From Bacteroidales bacterium (GTDB lineage Bacteria > Bacteroidota > Bacteroidia > Bacteroidales > UBA1402): a stretch of DNA of 58,963 nt. The translations under genes and the position numbers were made by a program. Under the pieces are notes generated by a model. That model was not told where the DNA came from. It did not search any database and saw nothing but the letters and a program-made list of their open reading frames with translations. This document shows positions 26,994 to 37,366 of this stretch, one piece after another. The stretch lies in contig JAQUTN010000003.1 in the NCBI GenBank assembly GCA_028694375.1, forward strand, positions 1 to 58,963, written 5' to 3'. Every line of letters starts with the position of its first letter. The first letter of the stretch is position 1.

Positions 26994-27015
26994 CGAACCT
27001 TAATACTCCTGAAAA

Positions 27016-29577
27016 ATGAAAAAGTCCAGCCTGTTTGTCCTCATCTCATTAGCAGCGGTCACGATTTTTTTAAGTTGGTGGATTTACATTCCCAACAATC
27101 CATTTGTATACTCCTATTCTTCTCTTGATCAAGAGGATCCTGTTGTTTTCAAAGCTGATCATATCCTTTATAATAACCAAAAAATCCTGTTGGGAGACAA
27201 GGTTTTTTTCATTGACGGCAATTTACCCGATCGGATTGCCAAACGCTATCCCTATGTGTACAATTCTTTTAACGAGGCAATCAAAGACATCCGCCAAGGT
27301 AGCGCCGAAGAGGCAATGACTTTGTATATTGCTCCTTATGTTTATTGGATAGACGATCCCAACGATCCTACAGAAAAGATCGGCGAAAATGGAGGAATCC
27401 CCTACGGCTTGGTAATTAACGAAAGCAATCTGCATTTTTACGGCTTAAGCAAAGATCCTCAAAATGTTGTACTGGCCTGCAACAGAGGTCAGACACAAGG
27501 AGCTGTGGGCAACTTTACCCTGTTTCGTTTCAACGGAGACAACATCCGCTGCGAAAACCTGACCATGGGGAATTATTGCAACGTGGATCTGGTGTATCCT
27601 CTGAAACCCTCGCTCAACAGAGAAAAACGTTCTCCGGCCATAACACAGGCCCAGCTGGCTTTGTGCAACAACAGCGACAAAATCTATGCCAGCAATTGTT
27701 CTTTTATCAGCCGCTTAAACACCTGTCCCTTTGTGGGCAGCAAAAGGGCCTTTTTTGAAGACTGTCACTTCGAAAGTACCGATGATGCCCTTTGTGGTAA
27801 TGGAGTTTATCTGAATTGCGACCTGGATTTTTACAGTTCCAAACCTTTCTGGAGCACTCATGGCACCGGGGCCGCCTTTCTGAATTGTGACTTTAACGTG
27901 ATTACCCAAAATTCCCAATACCTTACCAAAGTGGGCAGCCAGGTAGCATTGATTGACTGTCGCTTCAGAAATACCGGAGATTCCCTCTATTTGGGTTGGA
28001 CTCAATATCCCAAAGACAATATGCGCTGTTACCAATACAATGTAAGTTTAAACAACCAGCCTGTGCTGTTTCAAGAAGACCGGCCTTATCTGACTGTCGA
28101 TATGGAAGACCAGGAAGTCTTGAAGGCTTACCTCTTTGAGTACGAAGGTAAACCAATTTATAATACGTACAATTTGCTGCGCAGCGACGACGACTGGGAT
28201 CCGCAGGGCATCAGGGAAATTGTGGCTGCAGCTTCTCAGAAAGACGGTTTTGATTACGGCAGGGTTCCCGTTCAGTTGAGTGTAAAACCTTCGATTATCG
28301 AACTCCAAACCGGAGAAAAAGCCGATACTCTTTTTTTTGCTGTCAATCGTTTTGGAGATTTTCCGATTGCAGGAACAGTAGAATGGTTTGTCAATCCCGA
28401 AGATGCTCGTTTTGTATACACTCGCAAGCTAAGGGACGGAAATTGCCTGCTGATTGCAAACAATCAAACAGAAGAAATACGAACCGTCATGGTGGAAGCC
28501 AGACATTCTTCGGGACTTAGAGGGGCTTCAGTAATAAAGGTTTTACCAAGCATCCTTCCTGCTCCCCGTTTAACAGATTATCCCCAAATGTCTGCTCCCG
28601 ATCAGGGCATTATTAAGCTGAGCTATACACTAAACCTTAGAAACAGGGCAGACCAGTCCCTCATTACCTGGTACCGCTGTAAAGACGCCCAAGGCACAGA
28701 GGCCATTCCTGTTGCCGTCAGCCGTCTGAATCAACCGGAATATAATTACAGCCTCAGCGCCGGAGATATCGGTTATTATATTCAGGCCAAAATTGAGCCC
28801 AAACACATAAGGAGCCTGCCCGGAACTTCTGTTACCGTTTGCAGTACCATGCCGGTTACAAAAGAGGATGTCTTGAACACCCGGCTTATCACCACCGATT
28901 TTCAGAATTTTCCAACCGATACACAAAAGCAAATACTGTCGGGTTTCTGGACAGTCGACGCCTTCAAACCGGCCGATACCGAAGCCTACAATTGGCAGGC
29001 AAATGCAGAAATGGCCTGGTTTTACGGAAGCGCCGAAGGCGGAGCGGTCGGTACCGGTTTACTGCAAGGCCGGAAAGGTGCCCGCCTGCTTTATACACCG
29101 GTTGAAGATACTTACGGCAACATGGAAGTAAATTTAAAAGCCGACCCCTGCAAAACAGCCGGGCAAGGCTTTGGCAGCGCCACCGGGCAATACATGGATA
29201 TTTACATAAAATTCGATACCAAAAGCCTGAGCGGTTACGGCCTGCGTGTAGTTCGAACTCCAAAATACGCCAACGCGGTAGACTTCGTTTTGATGGAATA
29301 CAACAACGGAATCAGTCACGAAATTTCCGAAGCAGTTTCGGCTACCTGCTTTCTGACGAATTGCAGTATAAGGCTGGTTACGGAAGGCAAGCTGTTGAAA
29401 GCCGAAATTTCCACTACTACTCCCAAACCATACAACAGCGATCCGGAATTGCCTCACGAAGTGAAGCTGGAAGCAGAAATCACCGAAAACAACTTTGGAG
29501 GCAGCGGCATTCAACATACCGGATCTACAGGAAGCAGTGCCACCATGTTGCACAAAATGGAAATTATTTATCAGTAA
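27016..29577 (+). CDS. Membrane-anchored or secreted right-handed beta-helix (pectin-lyase-fold) protein with C-terminal beta-sandwich domains; function unknown
   Basis: 853 aa with an N-terminal hydrophobic segment. Repetitive N/C/D-rich turns (NIRCENLTMGNYCNVDL, ASNCSFISRLNTCPF, FEDCHFESTDDALCG, FLNCDFNV, LIDCRFRN) resemble pectinesterase or PL-fold coils. It lies in a pectin-enzyme neighbourhood. Confidence 0.4.
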   Translation: MKKSSLFVLISLAAVTIFLSWWIYIPNNPFVYSYSSLDQEDPVVFKADHILYNNQKILLGDKVFFIDGNLPDRIAKRYPYVYNSFNEAIKDIRQGSAEEAMTLYIAPYVYWIDDPNDPTEKIGENGGIPYGLVINESNLHFYGLSKDPQNVVLACNRGQTQGAVGNFTLFRFNGDNIRCENLTMGNYCNVDLVYPLKPSLNREKRSPAITQAQLALCNNSDKIYASNCSFISRLNTCPFVGSKRAFFEDCHFESTDDALCGNGVYLNCDLDFYSSKPFWSTHGTGAAFLNCDFNVITQNSQYLTKVGSQVALIDCRFRNTGDSLYLGWTQYPKDNMRCYQYNVSLNNQPVLFQEDRPYLTVDMEDQEVLKAYLFEYEGKPIYNTYNLLRSDDDWDPQGIREIVAAASQKDGFDYGRVPVQLSVKPSIIELQTGEKADTLFFAVNRFGDFPIAGTVEWFVNPEDARFVYTRKLRDGNCLLIANNQTEEIRTVMVEARHSSGLRGASVIKVLPSILPAPRLTDYPQMSAPDQGIIKLSYTLNLRNRADQSLITWYRCKDAQGTEAIPVAVSRLNQPEYNYSLSAGDIGYYIQAKIEPKHIRSLPGTSVTVCSTMPVTKEDVLNTRLITTDFQNFPTDTQKQILSGFWTVDAFKPADTEAYNWQANAEMAWFYGSAEGGAVGTGLLQGRKGARLLYTPVEDTYGNMEVNLKADPCKTAGQGFGSATGQYMDIYIKFDTKSLSGYGLRVVRTPKYANAVDFVLMEYNNGISHEISEAVSATCFLTNCSIRLVTEGKLLKAEISTTTPKPYNSDPELPHEVKLEAEITENNFGGSGIQHTGSTGSSATMLHKMEIIYQ

Positions 29578-29586
29578 AATTATCTT

Positions 29587-32121
29587 ATGAAGCATTTGTA
29601 CTTGTGCTTGTTAGCAGGATATTTAAGCCTACATGTCCTGGCCGGAGAACCTGTTGTCAGAGTGGACTTTAATTTGTCCGGCCGCCCGAAATCGGAAGTA
29701 AACGAACCGGGCTACACTCCCTGGGTAGTTCCGGCAAGACAAAATAGTAAAGCTGTTTTTTCGGGAATCGGTGTTGAATTGAAAGCGATAGGTTCAGACA
29801 GGGCGACTCTCGAAACAGGTTGGTCCAAAATGCAGGTACAATCTCCCTATTTGGCGCGTCTGGCCAACGACGGAATTTCTGTTGCCGGCAAGGGAATACT
29901 GGAAATGCGCATCAAAGGACTGCCTCCCGGGCAACACAGTCTGCAGACTTTTCACAATTCCTGGAACAGCCCTTCAAGGTCATCACAAGGATTAATTAGT
30001 GTTTACCTGAACGGAAAAGCGGTACATGAAAAGGTTGAAAGCACCTGCAGGGTCGAAGCCAACTGTCAGGCAACCATATTATTCACCAAGCTTGAGGTAG
30101 AAAACAAAAATCAGGAAATGGTATTGCAATTTATTGCTGAAGATGGCGGAGGAATCTGTCTGGACGGTTTTGAAATCAACACACCAGACCGCAGCAAACA
30201 GGCCAGATTGCCCTGTCCTAGCGATGGATTTCTCCACGCCGATGCAGACAAAGGTTCTCTAAGTTTAAACTGGAAAAAGGCTCCCGACAAAAAGATCATC
30301 AAACAGCTTCTGTATTTTGGTAGTGACTCTGCTGCTGTAGCGGCAATTGAATGCGGAAACACCGAGCAAACGGCGGCTGTTTTGGCAGAAGCTGATTGTT
30401 CCTGGCTAGCCCAGGACTTATATTGTCTGCAGCGCTATTATTGGAGAGTAGATCAGCAAGAAGAAAACGGAGACATTACCCGGGGCGATGTCTGGAGTTT
30501 TCAACCGCGCAGGCTGGCCTTCAGAGGGGCCGAAGGCTACGGTCGTTATGCCACCGGAGGACGGGGCGGAAAAGTGGTGGTGGTAAGCAACCTCAACGAC
30601 GACGGGCCGGGGAGTTTTCGCGAAGCTGTAAGTCGTGATATAGGTCCGAGGACCATAGTTTTTAACGTCTCCGGCATTATCATGTTGAAGTCTCGTTTAA
30701 GTCAGGGAAACAGTCATATTACCATTGCCGGACAAACGGCTCCGGGCAAAGGAATTTGCATACGCTCGGCCCCTTTTGGTGTAGGCAGCGAAAGCATTTG
30801 CCGTTTCATGCGATTCAGACTGGGCAGCGGAGCCACGGGAGACGGCTTGGGCATGGCCGGAGCCAATCACAGTATTGTTGACCATTGTTCGGTAAGCTGG
30901 ACCAGCGACGAAGCCTTCAGTTCACGTAATGCCCAAAATATCACCTTGCAACGCACACTCATCTCAGAGGCACTTAATCTGGCAGATCACAAAAATTACC
31001 CTCCGGGCACCGGACACGGATATGCAGCCACCATAGGAGGCAACGTCGGCTCCTTTCATCACAATCTGCTGGCGCATTGTTATGGCCGCAACTGGAGCCT
31101 GGGCGGAGGACTGGACGGCAGCGGACATTATGCGGGGAAACTGGATATTTTCAACAATGTCGTTTACAACTGGAGTGTTCGGGCTACCGACGGAGGAGCT
31201 CATCAGGTGAATTTTGTAAACAATTACTACAAAACAGGCCCTTCTACTACCCAATTCAATATGTTGCACGCTCAACTCGAAGGCGTTGGTGCCGGTACGC
31301 AGAGCTATTATTACGACGGAAATGTCATGGTTGACCAAAGTGGTAAAACTCTTTGCGACGGCAGCGACAATACCTGCGGACGCTTATATACGCTCTACAA
31401 CAGACAGATTCTAAATTGGGAAGTTTTTGTGGATACAGCCTTTTTTCCTTCTTTTGCCAAGATCCAGGAAGCAACTCTGGCTTATAAATCGGTACTCTCC
31501 GACGTTGGTTGTAATTTGCCTTTAACCGACCAACACGATCAGCGTATTCTCCGCGAGACCTTAAACGGCAGCTACACCTATTCCGGCAGCAGCAAAAGAG
31601 TGGCCATAGATGCAGAGTTTCCTGAATTATCTTCGAAGGACCCCACAAAAAACAAGGGTATTATTGACCACGAAAAGGATGCCGGAGGTTACGAGGATTA
31701 TCCCGAAATCAGACGTCCCGATGATTTTGATTCGGATAACGACGGCCTGCCCGACTGGTGGGAAAAATTGCACGGAAGTAATCCACACTCGCCCTCAGGC
31801 GATTTTGGCGACAGCAATGCCGATCCGGATAAAGACGGCTACACCGTTCTGGAAGATTACCTGGAATGGATGTCTGTACCTCAAATTATACTGGATCAAA
31901 ACCAAAGCCTCACTATGGATCTCTCGGAATTCTGTTTTGGATTCAACAACAATCCAGTCTTTAAGGCAGAGGGGGCAACTCAGGCTGAAGTTCAAATTAA
32001 CGGAACCAGGGCCAGAATTAAAGCAAAAAACAAAACAAACGGCATCAGCTATTTCAATCTGAAAGTGATTGACGATGACGGATATTCCATGCAACGAACC
32101 ATTGGATTATACATTAAATAA
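29587..32121 (+). CDS. Secreted multidomain PL1-like pectate lyase (paralogue 1)
   Basis: 844 aa. Motifs: FRGAEGYGRYATGGRGGKVVVVSNLNDDGPGSFREAV, SIVDHCSVSW and FNNVVYNW. There is a unique ~300-aa N-terminal domain and C-terminal Ca-loop motifs. Confidence 0.75.
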   Translation: MKHLYLCLLAGYLSLHVLAGEPVVRVDFNLSGRPKSEVNEPGYTPWVVPARQNSKAVFSGIGVELKAIGSDRATLETGWSKMQVQSPYLARLANDGISVAGKGILEMRIKGLPPGQHSLQTFHNSWNSPSRSSQGLISVYLNGKAVHEKVESTCRVEANCQATILFTKLEVENKNQEMVLQFIAEDGGGICLDGFEINTPDRSKQARLPCPSDGFLHADADKGSLSLNWKKAPDKKIIKQLLYFGSDSAAVAAIECGNTEQTAAVLAEADCSWLAQDLYCLQRYYWRVDQQEENGDITRGDVWSFQPRRLAFRGAEGYGRYATGGRGGKVVVVSNLNDDGPGSFREAVSRDIGPRTIVFNVSGIIMLKSRLSQGNSHITIAGQTAPGKGICIRSAPFGVGSESICRFMRFRLGSGATGDGLGMAGANHSIVDHCSVSWTSDEAFSSRNAQNITLQRTLISEALNLADHKNYPPGTGHGYAATIGGNVGSFHHNLLAHCYGRNWSLGGGLDGSGHYAGKLDIFNNVVYNWSVRATDGGAHQVNFVNNYYKTGPSTTQFNMLHAQLEGVGAGTQSYYYDGNVMVDQSGKTLCDGSDNTCGRLYTLYNRQILNWEVFVDTAFFPSFAKIQEATLAYKSVLSDVGCNLPLTDQHDQRILRETLNGSYTYSGSSKRVAIDAEFPELSSKDPTKNKGIIDHEKDAGGYEDYPEIRRPDDFDSDNDGLPDWWEKLHGSNPHSPSGDFGDSNADPDKDGYTVLEDYLEWMSVPQIILDQNQSLTMDLSEFCFGFNNNPVFKAEGATQAEVQINGTRARIKAKNKTNGISYFNLKVIDDDGYSMQRTIGLYIK

Positions 32122-32143
32122 TAATAACCCTTATTGATCAATT

Positions 32144-34660
32144 ATGAAAAAAAGAGTATCCTTTCTTTTATTTGTCTGTGCCTTTTTGGCGGCTACAGCG
32201 CAAAAACCTGTTATTAAAGTAGACCTGAATCAGACTGTACAGTCTTATTACCTGCATCAGGTACATCAACCCGGCTATGAATCCTGGATAGTAAAAGCAG
32301 GCAGCGCAGATTCTGCGGTTTTTTCGGGTGTCAAAGTAGTACTCAGGGCTAAAAATCCTCAGAACACAAGCTTAACCACCGATTGGTCTAAAAAGTATTT
32401 ACTTTTTCCCTATTATGCGCTGCTCAGTAACGACGGAGTAACAACCAGTAACGACAAGGGTGGCGATATTGAAATGCTGATTTCAGGCCTGCCACGGGGC
32501 AGACATTCTATCCAGACCTTTCATAATACCTGGGGGAAAAGCGAAGAAAAAGACTTCAGCCCAATAAACGTATATTTGGACGGAAAACAGGTGCAAAGCA
32601 AGTTGGCTTGCAGCAACCGTGTTGAACTCAACAGTGAAGCCAGCAGCGTGTATACTGTGGTTGATGTAGCAAATGAACAACAGGTAATAAGCCTTTTGTT
32701 TGAATCGGACAAAACCTTCAAAGGCAAGGACGGAAAAATATCCATTCAAAACGTATGCATAGACGGTTTCGAAATCAACACCACCGATAACAACAAAAAA
32801 GCCCGGAAACCGGTTCCTGCAAACGGAGAGATTCATGCCGACGCCGATGCCGGCTTCCTGAATCTGGAATGGGAAACAGCCCGTCAGGGAGAGGTAAAAG
32901 AACAAGTGGTCTATTTCAGCCTCGACAAAGAGATGTTGGGCAGCCGGGCCAGCTTACTGGCGAAACTTCCGGCTGGCCAAAACTTTTATCCTGTAGAATA
33001 CCTCTACAGTATGGACACGTATTTCTGGAGAGTGGATCAGGTGGATCAACAAGGCAAAATAACTCAGGGAGATGTCTGGACATTCCGGCCCAGGCAACTG
33101 GCTTTTGAAGGTGCCGAAGGCTACGGACGCTACGCCACCGGAGGAAGGGGCGGAAAAGTAGTAGTAGTGACCAACCTCAACGACGATGGCCCCGGCAGTC
33201 TGCGTGAAGCCGTTACCAACGATATAGGTCCACGAACAATCGTTTTCAACGTTTCCGGAATAATAGAACTCAAATCAAGATTGGTACTTAATCAACCCTT
33301 TGTAACTATTGCCGGTCAGACTGCACCGGGTAAAGGAATTTGCATACGTTCGGCACCTCTGGGTATAGGTAGTGAGGGTATTTGCCGTTTCGTACGGCTT
33401 CGTCTTGGCGCCGGCCAGACCTACGACGGCATGGGCATGGCGGGGGCCAACAACAGCATTATTGACCACTGCTCTATCAGCTGGACCATAGACGAAGGCT
33501 TCAGTTCCCGCGGTGGCAAAAACTTCAGTCTGCAGCGCACTATGATAGCAGAAGCTTTAAATATTGCAGGGCATAAAAATTACGGTCAAGGCTCCGGTCA
33601 CGGCTACGCAGCCACTATAGGCGGCGACATCGGTACTTTTCATCACAACCTGCTGGCCCATTGCAACGGGCGCAACTGGAGTCTGGGCGGAGGACTCGAT
33701 CCCTATGGAGCTTATGCAGGACGTATGGACATCTTTAATAATGTAGTTTACAACTGGGGAACCCGGGCCACCGATGGTGGAGCACACCAGGTGAATTTTG
33801 TCAACAATTATTATAAAAAAGGCCCGGCCACTTCGCAGGACATCATACTCAAAGCTCAACTGGAAGGATTGGGTTCCGGCTCACAAAGTTATTATTACAA
33901 AGGCAATGTCATAGAAAACACCGATGGAACATTAGCCTGCGATGGTAATGACGATAGTTGCGGCAGAACTTATCAGCTCTACCGAAATCAGCAACTTGAT
34001 TGGGAAGTATTTGTAGACCAACCTTTCTTCCCCTCTCATGCTAAGATCGAATCTGCTTCCGATGCTTACAAATCGGTACTTTCCGATGTAGGCTGCAACA
34101 TGCCTTTGTTTGATGAACACGATCAACGAATAATCCGTGAGACATTAGAAGGCAGCTTTAGCTATACCGGCAGTAAATCCAATAAGCCCGGAATAATCGA
34201 CCATCAGGACGATGCCGGAGGTTACGAGGATTATCCCGAAGAAGTCCGTCCCGAAGATTTCGATTCCGATTACGACGGTCTGCCCAATTGGTGGGAAAAA
34301 ATGCAGGGCAGCAATCCCGCTTCTATGCCGGGTGACTTCTCGGACGCCAATGCCGACGAAGACAGAGATGGCTATACTGCTCTGGAAGATTATCTTAAGT
34401 GGATGTCTCTTCCCCGTTTCTACCTTGACAAAAAAGGAAATGGCAGCATCGATTTACAAGCCTTTTTTGTAGCATATACCGATGCTCCAACATTTGAAAT
34501 TGTTGATGCCGGCGATCTTAAAATAAAAATCAAGGACAAACTGGCCCAACTCAAAGCTCCCAAAGGACTTAAAGGTATCACCTATATTGATGTTCAGGTG
34601 AGCGATGCACAAGGCAGCAGTATGACACGCCGCTTCGGAATTTGTGCTGGCAATGAATGA
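32144..34660 (+). CDS. Secreted multidomain PL1-like pectate lyase (paralogue 2, tandem duplicate of 29587..32121)
   Basis: 838 aa, collinear with the upstream gene over its full length (FEGAEGYGRYATGGRGGKVVVVTNLNDDGPGSLREAV, SIIDHCSISW, FNNVVYNW). Confidence 0.75.
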   Translation: MKKRVSFLLFVCAFLAATAQKPVIKVDLNQTVQSYYLHQVHQPGYESWIVKAGSADSAVFSGVKVVLRAKNPQNTSLTTDWSKKYLLFPYYALLSNDGVTTSNDKGGDIEMLISGLPRGRHSIQTFHNTWGKSEEKDFSPINVYLDGKQVQSKLACSNRVELNSEASSVYTVVDVANEQQVISLLFESDKTFKGKDGKISIQNVCIDGFEINTTDNNKKARKPVPANGEIHADADAGFLNLEWETARQGEVKEQVVYFSLDKEMLGSRASLLAKLPAGQNFYPVEYLYSMDTYFWRVDQVDQQGKITQGDVWTFRPRQLAFEGAEGYGRYATGGRGGKVVVVTNLNDDGPGSLREAVTNDIGPRTIVFNVSGIIELKSRLVLNQPFVTIAGQTAPGKGICIRSAPLGIGSEGICRFVRLRLGAGQTYDGMGMAGANNSIIDHCSISWTIDEGFSSRGGKNFSLQRTMIAEALNIAGHKNYGQGSGHGYAATIGGDIGTFHHNLLAHCNGRNWSLGGGLDPYGAYAGRMDIFNNVVYNWGTRATDGGAHQVNFVNNYYKKGPATSQDIILKAQLEGLGSGSQSYYYKGNVIENTDGTLACDGNDDSCGRTYQLYRNQQLDWEVFVDQPFFPSHAKIESASDAYKSVLSDVGCNMPLFDEHDQRIIRETLEGSFSYTGSKSNKPGIIDHQDDAGGYEDYPEEVRPEDFDSDYDGLPNWWEKMQGSNPASMPGDFSDANADEDRDGYTALEDYLKWMSLPRFYLDKKGNGSIDLQAFFVAYTDAPTFEIVDAGDLKIKIKDKLAQLKAPKGLKGITYIDVQVSDAQGSSMTRRFGICAGNE

Positions 34661-34767
34661 TTTCTGGTGCTTAAAGAATAGATTACGGAATTTATTGATG
34701 AAAATGAACTTGCATTTTTAAAGCAATCGTGTCATCTTTGCGGTATTAACCTTAAAACTTTATAAGT

Positions 34768-37218
34768 ATGGTAATCCGCAGGATTTGTATACTCATTTTG
34801 GTATTGCTGACCGCTTGTCCGGGCTTTGCACAAGGCTTTGGCAAGCGGCAGCTTATTAATAAAGACTGGTATTTTAATCTGGGCGATCTCAAATACGGAG
34901 GTGCCGAGTTTCTGGATCATTCTTCCTGGAGAGCAGTCCAATTGCCACACGATTGGAGCGTGGAAGGCACCCCCAGCCCCCAATGGGCAAGTTGTACAGG
35001 CTATTTGCCCGGAGGTATTGCCTGGTATCGCAAAGACCTGAATATTCCGGCCGATGCGGAAGGACAAAAAGTCTTTATCTATTTTGAAGGTGTTTACAAC
35101 AACAGCGAAGTCTTTATCAATGGCAAGTGGATAGGCAAACGTCCCAACGGCTACATCTCGTTTATGTACGACCTGACACCCTATATCCATTTTGGAGGCC
35201 GAAACGTCCTGGCCGTCAGGGTAGACCACCAAGATTATGCCGATTCCAGATGGTATACCGGCTCGGGAATATACAGGGATGTATGGCTGGTTTATGCTCC
35301 CCAAACCCATATTGATCTTTGGGGTGTTTCCTATCAAACAGAAGTAAAAGGGAAGAATGCGCTCCTCAAAATACAAACCGAACTTGTTAATGAAAGCACT
35401 AAGGATATCAGTTGCACTGTGCGTCAAAATATATACAATAACGATGGTCAGCTTTTAGGCAGCGCCCAGGGCAAAGTTGTGCTAGCTGCCGGGGGAAAGC
35501 CCAAGCTGGAACAAGAAATAAAAGTACAAAATCCCGAACTCTGGGATCTGGATCATCCTTACCTCTACCGTCTGGAGACCATTTTACTGCACAACAACGA
35601 GCTCCTGGATCAGACCAACACCAGAGTGGGCATACGTACCATAAAATTTGATCCCGACCAAGGCTTCAGCCTGAACGGTAAAACGCATAAACTTAAGGGA
35701 ATCTGCATGCATCACGATGCCGGTTGCCTGGGAGCCGCAGTAGACCGCGAAGTATGGAGAAGAAGGCTTATTCAACTGAAATCACTGGGCTGTAACGCCA
35801 TACGTACCAGCCACAATCCTCAGGCCACCTGTGTTTACGATCTATGCGACGAATTGGGATTGTTGGTTAACAACGAAGCCTTCGATGAATGGGAATACCC
35901 AAAAAAGAAATGGATAGAGGGCTGGAATGTGGGCACTCCAGGTTTTCAGGGTTCTGCCCTCTACTTCAGAGAATGGAGCAAACGTGACCTGGCAGACATG
36001 GTTAAGCGCGACCGAAACCACCCCAGTGTCATCATGTGGAGCATCGGTAACGAAGTAGATTACCCCAACGATCCCTATTCCCATCCCATACTGGACGAGG
36101 AAGGCATCGGACAACAACACGTAAGAGGTTATCTGAAAAGTCAGCCCCGGGCCGAACGTTTGGGCGAAATCGCTACTGATCTGGTTGCTGTAGTAAAACA
36201 ACACGATACATCCAGGCCCGTTACAGCCGGTCTGGCAGGCGCCGTCATGTCTAATTACACAACTTATCCCTCGGCTCTGGATGTGGTTGGTTATAATTAT
36301 ACCGAAGGACGTTACGAAGAAGACCACAAAACATACCCCAATCGTGTTCTCTATGGCAGTGAAAATCGACACGGTCTCGAAGATTGGAAAGCTGTCACAA
36401 GCAAAGATTATATCATGGGGCAATTTCTCTGGACCGGCTTTGACTATCTGGGAGAATCGGGCAGATGGCCATCGAGAGGATTTACAACCGGACTGATAGA
36501 TCTGGCCGGCAATATTAAACCCAGAGGTTATTTCAGAAGAGCTCTCTGGAGTGAATCACCGGTTATATACGCCGGCACCTACCCTATCGGAGGAGGCAAC
36601 AGACGCAGCAACAGGCAATGGTTATCGACCGATGCACCAGCGCTCTGGAATTACGAAGAAGGTCAGACGATCCGTGTAGTAACTTATACCAATTGCGCCG
36701 AAGCCGAACTTAAACTAAACGGTAAGACAGTAGGAGAACGCAAGCCGTATGACGAACAAACTGCCATCATTTATTGGGATATCCCATACGAAGCCGGCGA
36801 ACTTGAAGTATCTGGCTATGACAGCAATTCTGCCACTGTTGCCGCCAGCCACAAAATAGCCAGCAGCGGAGCGCCTCATGCCATACAGGCAAAATTTGTT
36901 GAAAGCGGGAATACAAACACCAACTTTTTGCAATTAGAAATCGAAGTAGTCGACCAAGAGGGAAACCTGGTTTACCTGGCCGATAACGAAATCGTTTGTT
37001 ATGTGATTGGCCCTGCGAGTTTGCTTGGCCTCGAAAGTGGTGGCAACAATGTGAGCGACAACTACCGAGACAACCGTCAGCGCTGCCAGAACGGCCGCCT
37101 TCTGGCCTACATACGACTTAACGAAGAGGCGAAGGAAGATGTCCGTATCATGTTGAGTTCACCCTTATTACAAAGCCTGAGCCTTACTATACCCGGCAAT
37201 ACCTCCGTTATCAAATAA
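34768..37218 (+). CDS. GH2 glycoside hydrolase (beta-galactosidase-like), secreted
   Basis: 816 aa with a signal peptide. Motifs: NAIRTSHNPQATCVYDLCDELGLLVNNEAFDEW and MWSIGNEV. Confidence 0.85.
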   Translation: MVIRRICILILVLLTACPGFAQGFGKRQLINKDWYFNLGDLKYGGAEFLDHSSWRAVQLPHDWSVEGTPSPQWASCTGYLPGGIAWYRKDLNIPADAEGQKVFIYFEGVYNNSEVFINGKWIGKRPNGYISFMYDLTPYIHFGGRNVLAVRVDHQDYADSRWYTGSGIYRDVWLVYAPQTHIDLWGVSYQTEVKGKNALLKIQTELVNESTKDISCTVRQNIYNNDGQLLGSAQGKVVLAAGGKPKLEQEIKVQNPELWDLDHPYLYRLETILLHNNELLDQTNTRVGIRTIKFDPDQGFSLNGKTHKLKGICMHHDAGCLGAAVDREVWRRRLIQLKSLGCNAIRTSHNPQATCVYDLCDELGLLVNNEAFDEWEYPKKKWIEGWNVGTPGFQGSALYFREWSKRDLADMVKRDRNHPSVIMWSIGNEVDYPNDPYSHPILDEEGIGQQHVRGYLKSQPRAERLGEIATDLVAVVKQHDTSRPVTAGLAGAVMSNYTTYPSALDVVGYNYTEGRYEEDHKTYPNRVLYGSENRHGLEDWKAVTSKDYIMGQFLWTGFDYLGESGRWPSRGFTTGLIDLAGNIKPRGYFRRALWSESPVIYAGTYPIGGGNRRSNRQWLSTDAPALWNYEEGQTIRVVTYTNCAEAELKLNGKTVGERKPYDEQTAIIYWDIPYEAGELEVSGYDSNSATVAASHKIASSGAPHAIQAKFVESGNTNTNFLQLEIEVVDQEGNLVYLADNEIVCYVIGPASLLGLESGGNNVSDNYRDNRQRCQNGRLLAYIRLNEEAKEDVRIMLSSPLLQSLSLTIPGNTSVIK

Positions 37219-37300
37219 GTTACTCGAACACAACTTCCACAACTTAAAAAACCTGCAAAAGGGAAAAGAATCAAAGAATTCATAAGGCTGGTGCCCCAAC

Positions 37301-37337
37301 AAGGAAGGCCGCTCAATTGAACGGCCTTCCTCTTTCT
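37301..37337. terminator. Bidirectional rho-independent terminator between convergent GH2 and rpoC
   Basis: GGAAGGCCG (37303-37311) pairs with CGGCCTTCC (37322-37330) around a 10-nt loop. T-rich runs follow on both strands. Confidence 0.55.
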
Positions 37338-37366
37338 GATTATGCTAAAGATTACTTACTAATCAG

